Assembly: GCA_001724265.1 (NCBI GenBank)
Contig: MEDY01000205.1
Location: 62,001 to 94,294 of the forward strand
Direction of reading: 5' to 3'
From: Rhizaria sp. SCN 62-66
Taxonomy: Eukaryota
DNA length: 32,294 nucleotides
Shown here: positions 11,333 through 22,700 of the stretch, one piece after another
Numbering within the stretch: position 1 is the stretch's first letter
Layout of the letters: each line of letters starts with the position of its first letter
Program-made: the position numbers and the translations under genes
Notes under the pieces: model-generated
The model's database searches: none
What the model was told of the DNA's origin: nothing
Seen by the model: the letters and a program-made list of their open reading frames with translations, nothing else

Positions 11333-14300
11333 TAGTCAGGCGTTTGTGGTTGCGTCTGCTGCCGCGATCGCGATCGCCACCGGCAACGCTGTCAAGACCA
11401 ACAGCTGTTCCGACACTGACAATGTCACTGCCACTGGCACTGGCGCGGGCGCGGGCGCGGGTCATGTGACTGTACCTGACCCTGCGACTGTGGCCGCCGC
11501 CGGTGCCGCTGTCCGCGCTGCCTGGCCCGCTTTCGCTCTCAGTACCCCCTTACCCGCGCATCTAAGTACCCCGGCGGCGAGTCTAAGTGCCTCGATGACC
11601 GCGCTTGTGGCCGCGGTGGAAGCAGCCGCGTTTGTTGGACCCGCGGCTCGGCTAAACCGTGCGGTTGCCCTTGGCCCCACCACATTGCTACAACAGCAAC
11701 ACACGGTTCACCGCAATATGACGAAGACTGAAACAGAGTCGAAGTCTCGCTGTGACGGTTGGGAGCTTGCCGAGACTGAAACTGACCTCTCTCAAGTCGG
11801 CTTTGGTGCATACTTTAACTACACCACCGCAAGCACAAACAAGAATGATAGTGATCACCGTAATGATAGCGCTGTGAACGACGATAGCTGTTCTGCGTTG
11901 CTTGAGAGCCACGCCCGCGCAGTACGCCGTCGCATCGCGGATACTATCACACTGGCGCCCGTCAACTCCAACCACGGACTGTGCTCCTCGTACCCGTCTT
12001 TGCTCCCGCTGCCGCGCAAAGCCACCTCCGCAGCGCCCGCTGACGCAGCCACAGCGCCCCCTGACATCGCGAGCGCTAATGCGCAAACCGCATCTGACGC
12101 TACCAGCTCTAGCGCTGGCACTGGCACTGGCTCTGGCACTGGCACTAGTTTTAGCGCTGGCTCCGGTACTATGAGCGCTGGCGCTGGTTTGCTGGCTGCT
12201 GCGGCAAAGTTCCGCGCCCGTGGCCGCCTACCAGTCGCCGTGTGGGCGCACCCACTGACCGGCGCGGTGCTACTGCGCGCCAGCCAGCCGCTGGCGGGGC
12301 TGGTGGGGCGCCGCTGCGAGGCCGATGAGGCGCTCGTCTCTCTCGCCGCGCAGGCCGCTGTTACGCACTGCGCGAACAGCAATAATAACAGCAATAATAA
12401 CAATAGTAATTGCTGTAAGCAAGCTAGTGCGAAGTGTGATAGGGATGATCAGCTGTTAGTTGCCACCGGTGTTGCAGGAATTGTTTCCCTCGCACACAAC
12501 AAGCAGCAGCAACAACAGCCACAACAGCATAACTCGAGTTCTGGTCCTGGCGCTCCTCCTTCTGCGACTCCTTCGCGTGCTACTGCTGCGCGTGCTCCTG
12601 CCGTCACGGCAGCGGCAGCGGCGTCGCAGCTCCCCCGCGTCGCGATCATAGACTGCCGGCCGTGGACTGCCGCTTTGGCCAACGCTCTCGTCGGCCGCGG
12701 CTACGAAACAGCGCGCAACTACGGCCCCTTTAGTGCGCATTGTGGCGTTGCATTCATGGACATTGGCAACATCCACGCGATGCGCAACGCATTCGACGCG
12801 GCAGCAGCGGAAACCACTGCGCCGGTGCTCTGCGGCTACGGTCTTTGCAACAACAGCACTTACCACAATAACGATAGTGACGTTTTGCGTGTTTCTGTTT
12901 CCGGCACCCCGTGTCCTTCGCTCTCGCTGCGGGCCTCGGCCCATCCGGCGTTGCTGCAATGGCTCGCGCACTGCCGCGCAGTCCTGGCCGCGGCCGCCGC
13001 CGCCGCGTCCCGCTTAGCGGACGACGGCGCTACGGTGCTCGCCCACTGCAGCGACAACTTCGACCGCACGACGCAGCTCTGCGTGCTGGCCCCGCTGCTG
13101 CTGGAGCCGCGCTACCGCACTTTCACCGGCTTCGCTGCACTGGTGGAGCGCGAAGTCGTGGCCGCGGGCCACTGCACCGCGTCGCGCGGCGCTGTTGCAG
13201 TCGGCAGGCGCAGGGGCGGCAATTTAAACATCGCTGGCAGCAACAGGAACGGCACCATTAATGGCTATGGCATTGGCTATGGGAACGGCTGCAGCTCTGA
13301 GAGTAAGTTCGATATCACAGTGAGCGTAGGTGGCAAAGGCCATCGCAATAACAACAACAACAATGACTGCAGTGTCAAGGCTGACAATGCTGCTAACGCT
13401 AGCGCAAGCTCTTGTGCGGAGGCTAACAGTGAAAACACTCAGTTTAGCCTAGCTGTCAATGGTGCCAACGCACACAGTGAAGAGCGTAAGCAGACATCCA
13501 GTCCTTCGCAGCCAGACTCCCGCCCTCGGTCAAACGACAGCGACGGTCCGAGTAGAACTGTGAACGCAGACACAAAGAGCAGCGTCTCTGGTGCTAGGGC
13601 TGGGTCCGGTCAAGTTCCCAGTCCAGTGCCGAGCCCTTCGTCGGCGGCCTCGACGCTTTTCTCATACGTCTCCGCCGCCGCCGCCGCAGCCGCCTCCTCT
13701 TGGTTCGCCGCGCCTGACAACAACAGCAACAACAGCTCTAGTGCAAGCTCAAACTCTAACTGCGGCTCCAATAGTTCGTCCTCTTTGGATAGTACGAATA
13801 TGGTTGATTTGCGTTCTCGCTTTGTCCCCCTCGCCCGCGCCGAGGCCCTCACAGTGCACGCCTCCCACTCCAGCTCGCGGTCACCCATCCTGCTCCAGCT
13901 GCTCGACTGTGTCCACCAGCTCGCAGTCGCGTTCCCCGCGGCGTTTGAGTTCACGCCTCTCTGGCTAGCCCGCATCGCCGCCGCGGCCACGGCAGACCCG
14001 GCGGGCGGCGCGGGCGGCACGTTTGCCTGCGACGCGCACGCGGCGACTCTGGCGCTCAGGAGCGCTGTGACAGGCGAGTTGCTCCCGCCGCCACTCGCCA
14101 CGTCTGCCTCCGACTCTCCCGCCAACGACAATCACATCGGCAACAACAATAACAGGGACAGCAGCGGCGGCGGTAGCGGCAACGGCGGCGGCGATATCGG
14201 CAAGGCTTGCAACAGTGTCTGCAGCGACGACGACGGCAGCGCGACTGAGGCTGCTCGGATGGGCCCCGCGACCGCCGCGCATCCGCTGGGGCCGTCCCCA

Positions 14301-15776
14301 GCGCCCCCAGCAGGGCGGCGCCCACCGACGACTTCAGTCCGCGCCGGCACCGACTCAGCCTGGCTGCGCCTGCTCCACTGCCCCGCCGCGCGCGCCGAGT
14401 GCCGGAACCCGCGCTACGAGTTGCCGCGGCCCGGGGCGCTGGGGGCGGCGCGCGCGCGGCTGGTGCTGCCGGCGGCGCTGACTGGCGCGCCGCACTTGGC
14501 GCACAGTCACACGCAGGGGCAGGGGCACGCACACGGTCACTTTTCTCACGGTCACTCCGCTGCCCACGGCCACTCCGCTGCTCACGGTCACTCTGCGAAT
14601 AATGGCACTGACACTGGCGCTGGCGCTGGGGCTGGCACTGGCGCTGGGGCTGCGGCGGTGAGTGAGAGTAAGAGCAATGGTGCGGAATGCGACTGCACAA
14701 GCAGTAGCTGTAGCAGCAGCGTTACTGTCAATCCCAATGTCGCAGCGAATGCCGTCGATGCGTCTGCTGTTGATAAAGCGTCTCACGAAAGCAGCGACAC
14801 TGAGAGTCACAGTCAGACTGACTACCACAGTCTCGGTTTCGATGAAGTCGGGGTGAACGACGGTCTGGCTGTCTGGGGTGAAGTATTCCTGTCGCACTTA
14901 CTTCCAGAGAGTACTCACGCGCAGTCTAAGGGTCATTGCGTGAGTACTTACACCGAGTGCAGGTGTGGCGGTGCAAGCATGCACGGTCTTGGCTGGGGCA
15001 ACCAACTCGATCACCCTAGTCCTGTTCTTGATCACATTAACAATCACTATATCACTCACAACAACAACGACACGAGCGTTAATAATGTTAATGCAAACAC
15101 AAACGAGAATAAGCAGGTCGCAACCGGTGCAAGTGATCCGAATGGCAGTAATCGTGATGGTATGGCGCAATATCAATACCAGTACCAATATCGCCCCCTG
15201 ACCCAGTCAAAACAGTCGCATCCTCTGGCACCCGCTCGGAATCACTGCAACGCATCTAAGTGTGGCTCTAAAGGGTCATCTAAGGGGTCGAATGGTGCGC
15301 TGACACTCTTTTCAGTCCCTCGTCATCACATCACTGCAAACTCAACCCCGCACATCGACAGCTGCGACAGCTATAACGGCAGTTGCACTGTGAGTGCAAA
15401 TGCGAATGCGAAGACTGAAGCTGCGGTCAGGGCTGCTGTTGCAGCGCGTCAAAAGCGTCGTGTTCCTGCAAACCCGCGCCGTGCGAAACCTGACTGCTGC
15501 GACGCAGCTGCTGCCGCTGCTGAGGCTGAGGCTGAGGAGGCTGAGGCTGAGGCTGAGGAGGCTGCGGCTGAGGCTGAGGAGGCTGAGAATGATAGTGACG
15601 GTGCACTGGGTTGGAGCGGACTGTTGCGCGGTATCGTGTCCTTGCCGATGCAGGTGTACGGCATTGCTGCCTCTGCACTTGTGCCTCCGATGACAACCAC
15701 AACTACGAGCACAACAGCAACAACAACGACTCAGGTCGCAACGAAAGCGACAACGTCCGAAGAAGCGAACGAGTAA
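9429..15776 (+). CDS. Myotubularin-family phosphoinositide 3-phosphatase (~2115 aa) with extensive low-complexity insertions
   Basis: First in-frame ATG at 9429. PH-GRAM-like fragments (LLWPRETVLL, GSLVLTTFRLL, SVPLSGLATVD) precede DGW, NSNHGLCSSYPSLL, AAKFRARGRLPVAVW, LLRASQPLAGL..RRCEADE, IIDCRP..ALAN…GYE, FMDIGNIHAMRNAF, VLAHCSDNFDRTTQLC, EPRYRTFTGF..LVERE and SPILLQLLDCVHQL…FPAAFEF. Stop is TAA. Confidence 0.93.
14547..14597 (+). repeat. 18-bp coding tandem repeat (about 3 copies) encoding HGHSAA
   Basis: CACGGTCACTCCGCTGCC / CACGGCCACTCCGCTGCT / CACGGTCACTCTGCG. Confidence 0.85.
15519..15587 (+). repeat. Coding (GCTGAG)n-type microsatellite encoding an Ala-Glu tract
   Basis: Repeated GCTGAG/GAG units translate as AEAEAEEAEAEAEEAAAEAEEAE. 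A similar AEAKAE tract lies at about 11030-11082. Confidence 0.8.
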
Positions 15777-16690
15777 TATCGCTTGGGACTTGAAATAACC
15801 TTAAATATCAAATGGCATTAACGATTTGAATGTGATTCTATATATAACCGAAACAATTGTTACAATAAACCGAACTTTTTTTATAGCCCACGCAAGGATC
15901 AGCAGAGATCGCTTGCATTTGACGAATGCACGCATGAGGCGTGTGGCAGTGGGTGGGGTGGCTGGTGGTTCGCAAAAATTTGGGGCTGGGCTGGAAAGTT
16001 GATTTTTGTCAAGTTTGGGATATGACGAGCTCTGTGAGACTGTCCTGGTCGTGGTTTGTAATTTAATGAGCATCGAACGCGCAACAGTACTCGAACGCCG
16101 CGAATCTCTTGTTTGTGGCTCGCTGCGTTGCATCGGCCCATGTGAATTCGACCCACAAAGCGAAGTCTCTTGGCAATCCGACGAAGGGCAGGGCCGCTCT
16201 AGCTTCCCTACGCGACGCCCCCCTGGCCACCGCAGTGGGTTCTAACCCTCCGATTTAAACTCCGGTGCTGCTCGTTGTGCTTTTGTTGCGCATGGCCGTG
16301 CTAGAGCTTTGTAGCTGCCTACTCTGCTGTATAAAGTCGCTTTGGTAGCAGACAAGCGAGATACCCTTCACCTGTGTGGACCACCACAGGCTCGCGCCGG
16401 CCTTTGAAATGCCGTCTCCAGCCGTGCGTGTCGCCGTTGTTTACTCTTTTCCACCCTGTTCTAGCTTACGTTATTGTATTTCGTTTTCATTTTATGCGCT
16501 TTTCCTCTCCCACTCTTTAGTCTTCTCAGGAACCAGGCTCCGAAAGCCCCACCTCCCTTCCTTCACTCTTTCTCTCCGCTTTGCTTTGCTGGTCACACCA
16601 GCAGCCGTCCCTCGTCACCTCGCGCTCCGCCGACGCTCTCTCTCTCCGTCTGCCCCGCGCTCCGACGCGTGCGCCTTCTCTTCTCCCCAC

Positions 16691-16765
16691 ATGAGCTCTA
16701 CCTCTCAGGGCCAAGGCTCGGGCGGTGGTGGCCTCAACCCTCGAGGCAGCCACAACAACAACGCT

Positions 16766-16798
<33 letters not shown>

Positions 16799-19700
16799 GC
16801 GCTTGAAGTCGCCGGCTTCGGCAACTCCGACCTTTTCCCGTCCCCTGACTCTCCCTCATCCGCCGACCTCGCCGCCGCCGCCGCCTTCGCGCGCCACAGC
16901 GGCGGCTCCCGCGCCTCGATCATGCCCGTCGCCCGCACTGCGATGCGCTTCCCCGCGCCCGGGGTCTCCGTCGCCGCGCTGAACGCCTACGCCGCCGCCA
17001 CGGCCGCGGGGCCCTCGGTCGCCCCCGCGTTGTCCACGTCTGCTTCTGCCGCCGCCGCATCCGCTAGCACTGCTGCAACAACGTCCTCATCCTCATCGTC
17101 GTCCTCTACTGCGAAAGTGGTGAGTTCTAGCGGCACCAACCCCGCCTCGACCTCTGGCGCCGCCGGGCTCGCACCCCTGGTCACGCGCCCGGGCCTCCGC
17201 CCCCGCAAAACCGCCGCCCGCGCCACCGACCCGTCATCATCCTCCTCTCACTCTGCTGGCTCTGGCGCTGGCTCTGCGACGAGCGGTCTACAGCCGGGCA
17301 AAGGCCCCGGGTTCGCGTCCTACAACTCCATCTCCGGTCGCAAGTGCCTCGTTGCCGGTTGCAAAGACATGCGTCTCGCCCGCGGCTACTGCAATAAGCA
17401 CCAGCGTCTCCTCGGCCGCGCGGGCCCCTCGGCCTCAGACTCCGACTCCGACCCCGCCTCGGCAGCCGCCGCCTCCTCGGCCTCCCAGTCCGCCCCCGGC
17501 GGCAGCGCCGGCGGCGCGAGCGGCGGGCCCGGCGGCGCGAGCGGCGGCCCCTCGCTCTCTCTGACCGCGACCACCGCGCACGACCTCACTGCGCCGTCTT
17601 TGTCTGCGCTCGACACGCTGCTCTCGGCCCACCCGCTCTCGTCAGCGAGCCCTTATGTGCTCTCCCTCTGGGGCGCGGTCCGGGCCCTGGCGGCTCAGGT
17701 CACCGCCGCCACGGGCAAGCCCGTCGCCATCTGCTCCGCCACGGCCACTGCCGCGGCTGAGCCTGCCTCCGCCGCTCCTTCTTCTTCTGCCGCCGCCGCT
17801 GCTGCAGCTGCTTCAGTGTCTTCAGGAGCGAACTCCGTCGCCGGCGCTGGTCACAAGGCGCTGCCGCCGCCGCTGTCTCTGCACCGCGACATCTTCGCCC
17901 TGTCGGAGACGCTGCCTCTGGCGCACGCCGTGCTGGCTGCCGCCGCCGCCGCCGCCGCCGTGGCCGCGACCTCGTCCTCCTCCGCTGCCGCCCCGTCTGC
18001 CAGCGGGCCTGCCAGCGGTGGCCACGCCTACGCCTACGCCACCACGTCCGCCGCCGCCGTGGCCAACGCGGGCATCACCGCCGTCGCGCCCTCCGCGGCC
18101 GCGCTCGCCGCCGCCACCGCCGCGCACAACGCGCTGTCGCCCGAGTCCCGTAGCTTGGCGGCGGCCGCGCATGAGCCTGACGCGATGTCGCCGCTGCCGG
18201 CCCCCGCGCTGGCGCCGCCGCTGAACAGCGTGAGCGCCACGACGTCGAGCTCTCGCAACGGCGGCGGCAGCACTGGCAGTGGCAACGGCTCTGGCAGCTG
18301 CGGCAACGCGGCGACGCAGAGTGGGTTGGTGGCATTGGGGCCTGCCGCGGCCGTCGGTGCGCGCGCCAATGCAACTCTTGCTCTCTTCAACAACAACAAT
18401 AGCGGTGATAATAACAATAACAGCAATCACGCTGCCGTGTACACTCCGCGGACTCCCTCGGCGCGCGTGGCCCTGCCGAGCTACTCGGTGCCGCCGCCGT
18501 GCGCGCGCGAGCCCATCGTCGACGTGCAGGTCGTCACTGCCGCCGCCCGCAAGACGCCGCCCACGGGCTACACCGTGGTGACCAAGACTGTGGGCGGCCG
18601 CTCGGCGGACCTCAACCCGCAAGGGCGCAGCATGTTCCTGGCCTACCGCCGACGTCCCGTCCCCCCCGCGGCCGCAGCCGCTGCTGCCGCCGCCGCCGCT
18701 GCTGCTACTGCCGCTGCTGCGAACAACAACTGCGGCGGCAGCGGCAGCAGAGCTGTGAGCATGAGCGACAGTGCGGCTTCGTCGTCCAACGCCCCGCTGG
18801 GCCCCGCCCTCGCGCCGCAACAGGTGGCGTACTATAATGGCAACAACGCCGTCACCAGCTCAAACTCAAGCTCCAGCGCCAGCTCTTCTGCCTCCGCCGC
18901 TGCTGCCAATGGCGGCTACGACGCCTCCGCCGCGAGCACCGACTACACGCAGAGTCTCAGCATGAACAACTCCGCCTCGCTGGCGGCCGCAGCAGCCGCG
19001 GCCGCGGCGGCGGCGAGCGCTGAGCCCGTCACCCTGCGGCCTCTGACCGCGCTGTCAGTGCTCTTCGCCGAGGCCGGCGAAGAGCCCCCGCTGGGCTTCG
19101 AGCTCATCGCGCGCACGCTGCCGTCCAACCCCGCCGGCACCGGCGCCGGCGGCTCCTCCGCGTCGTCCTCGGCGGCCGCCGCTGCCGCCGCGGCCAACGC
19201 CGCCGACTCCGTGCCGCTGCCGGCGAACCTCAACTTGGGCACGCCCTCGCCGCGGTGCGTGTTCCTCGCGGCCCACCGCGCCGCCGCCGCCCTCGATACC
19301 ACCCACCTCACAGCCAGCGATGTGGCGTCCTACTGCGGGCCCGCCGCCGCCGCCGCGCTCGCCGCCACGCACGTCTTCGCCAACGCCGTCGCCGCGGGCA
19401 AGCCGCCGGTGGCGGCCGCGGCGGCCGCGGCGGCAGTCGGACCGGTGTTGTCGGCGCGCGCGGCCGCGCAGATCGAGACTATTCTGTCGTTCGGGTACGG
19501 GTTCGGGCCCGGCGCGGCCGTTTTCTCAGAGGCGGCGCTCTTAGGCGTCGGCCCTAGCTCGAGCGCGAGTGCGAGTCTCGCGGCTGCCTTCGCTACCGCC
19601 CCCGCCGCCGGCCCTTCCACCGGCGGCTCCAGCACGGCTGCTGCGACTGCCGCGGTGTCATTTGCGCAACAGACGGCGACCGAGGCGATGGCTTTTTTCG

Positions 19701-22700
19701 GAACCGTGCCGGGCGTCCCGCGCCTCGGCTGCAACAGCGCCGGCGGCCCCTCCGGCACCACCGGCGGCGCTGAGAGCTCCGTCGCAGCCTCTCTGCTCTT
19801 CGGCGCGCCCTGCTCCCGCCCCAGCCTCACTCCAAACAACTCGAATAGTAGTGGCGCATCGAACATTGTTATGCAGAGCAAGATGCACGGCGGCTCGCGC
19901 GGCTGCGGCGCGCCCATCGTCAACGTCGGGATGTATTTCCCCCAAAAAGAGCGGCTTCCGGTCGACTGGCACGTGATCAAGTGGACGGCGCTCGGTCACC
20001 GCGCCAACATCAACGCCGGCACGGACGCTCCCGAGGCGCGGCTGGCGTTCGAGGTCGACGTTCACCCCGTGTTGCACGCCGTGTACGGGCCGATGCTGGC
20101 TGCGGCACCGCTGTACGACGCCGTCGTCGCGGCGGCGACCGCGGCCGAGGGGCACAGCGGCCACGGCTTCGGCCACCCGTACGGCTACGGCCACAGCAAC
20201 AGCTCTTCTTACAGCAACAGTTCTGTCGCGGTCGCGGGGTCCAGCTTCGGCCTCGCAGTCGCCGCCTTCACCCGGCTTTGCGCCATCATCACGACCGCGC
20301 TCTACTGCGCTGACGAGTCGCTGGTCCTGGCCGCGCTGGCCACAGTCCGCCTGCTTCCGCTCGCGTCCTGCCCTCCCGGCGCTCTCAACGCGCTCATCTA
20401 CACCGTGTGCGACGCCGTGCCGTGCTTCCTGGCGTACTTCTCGACCCACGGCCACGCCGAACTGCTCGTCTGGCTGCAGTCTGTCGCGCAGACGTGTTTC
20501 GCGCAGCTCACTGTCCACACCGTGCTCCGCGTGCTCGACGTCTGCTTCCTGCTGCGGCACGAGGACCGTTCCTGCGACGGGTCGAAGAACCTCGTCGACG
20601 CGCTCATCACGGAGGGCAACAAGAGCTCGTCGCTGCTGATGCCGCCCTCGTACCTATGGCCGTCCTCCGCCGCCGCCACCGCCGGGCTGGGCCATCTGCT
20701 TCACCACAACAACAGCGTCGGGCCCGCGGCGGCCAGCGCGGGCGCGAATGTCAGCGCGTCGTCCGCGGTCGGCAGCGGCGGTCAGCTCGCCACGGTGCCG
20801 TCGTTCTCCTCCTCGCTCTCCAATAATCTCCCTGCGAACAGTAACAACAACGTGATCGAGATCGATACCAGTGCTGCTGCCGCTGTCGCTGGGGGGCTCA
20901 CAGTCCCTGCCTCAGGCTCTGGCTCTGGGGCTGGGAGTTTGTCCCAGCCCTCGACCCCGCTGAAGCAGCGGTTCGGAGGAACGCACAGTGGCCTCCGCCC
21001 CCAAAAGCACAACAACGCACACAGCTCAACCGCGAGTACGATGCCTGCGTCAGTCCCGGCGTTGGCCCCCGCCGGCGCACTCGAGCTTTCTCTCGTAGAA
21101 GCGACGCCTCTGGCCAGCAACAATGAGGGTGGCGAGGAGCACTTGGACCTCGTGCTGACGCCGCCCCGGTCGAGCCTGTCGCTGTCACCGTCCCCCGCCG
21201 CTGCCGCCGCAGCCGCCGCAGCCGCCGCGACCGCCACTCCTGGTCCCGCCTCAACCCCTGAGGCCGTCGCCGCCGCCGCTGCGGCCGCCGCCGCCGCGGC
21301 CGCTGGCGCAGAGGCCGAGGCCGAGGCCAATGACCAGGTCGAGCGTATGCACCGGGAGCTTATTGCAGCTGCGAGGGAGAAGAAGGCCCGCCGTGAGTCG
21401 CTCACTCTCGGTGCAACTCCCCATTCTTCTTCGGCAAACGCCAACCACGCCGCGAGCAATGTCTCTGGCGCGAACAGTGTCGTCGCAGTGACTGGCGGCG
21501 CGGGCCCCAACGAGGGCCGGTCGCTCCTGCAGAGCCCCTCCCCCGCCCCCGGGCCCGGCTCCGTCTTCAGCAACAACGCTGGCGCCAGCGCTGGGAGCAA
21601 CAACACTGGCGGGACGAGCGTCGCGAGCGCCATGACTGTCTCCGGCGGCGGCCACGTCAGCGGCCTGATCCACCACGCACACCCCGCTGCCGGTGGCAAC
21701 CACGGCGGCCTCGTGCTCGGTCACCACGCGGGCCCCGGCGGCAACTACGCCACTCTTAGCGCCGTCAGCGCCGCCACCAACCCCTTCGCCGCCATCGGCG
21801 CCGCCGCCGCGGGTGCCGGTGCGACTGGCGGCGCGGGCGCGGGCTCTGCCGCTGCGAGCTCGACGGGCGCTAGCGCCGCCGGGTCGCTGGCGGGCACGCT
21901 GACGGGCGCGGGCGTCGCGGCCGCCGCTATGGCAGTGGCCTCGGGCAACGTCTCTCGCTCGGTGCACGACTTTTGCGCGAATATCATCCGCAGCATCGCG
22001 GATATGGTGGTCGACGCCAGCGAAAACGCGCTCCTTGTAGGCGAGCTGCTCGGGGGTGCCGACTCAGGCTCCGGCGGCGGCGGCGGCAGCAGCGGCAGCT
22101 GCAGCGACGAAACCGTCGCCAACATCTCGCTCCTGGTGAGCAAAGTCATCGCAGAGCGTGTGCCGCGCAACTGGCTGCTGCTGCCGCCGCAGGGCTACAG
22201 CATCAACCCCGTGCTTTTGAAGCGGCCGTCGCTGCAACACGGCGGGTTTGGCTCTGCGACGCTGCCCCCGGGGGGCCTCGCGTCGCTTGCGCTCGCGCAG
22301 CCGCTCTCAAACAGCAGTAACCACATCAGCTCCAGCTCTAGCGCGAGTGGTCGCAATGTGAATGGTAACACTGCGGCGGCGACGGCGTTGGCTGCCCCCA
22401 GGACGCACTCGCCACTGCCGACCCTGTCCCCTCAGGACTCGGTGGCCTCGCTGCCGCCGCCGCCCGCGTTGGTCTCCGGCGAAACCACGCCTGAGCTGTC
22501 GACGGGCTCGCTCTCCGCCTCCAGCTCAGCCAACGGCGGCGTTGCCACCGCTACAACGGCGACTCCTGCGGCTGCTGCGGCGGCTGCGAACGCGAACGGT
22601 GATACCGCAGTCACGGCGATTGGTGAGGATGCGTTTTTCCTCCCGCCGTCGCTCTCCAACATCAGCGACGGCGACGCGAATGGGAGCGTTAACGCGTCGC

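Noticed and set aside
16376-16690. 105-codon N-terminal extension of the GEF from a GTG or the ATG at 16409
   Set aside because: The region is pyrimidine-rich and UTR-like. Coding-style composition begins at ATG 16691. The same applies to 9360-9428 of the myotubularin.
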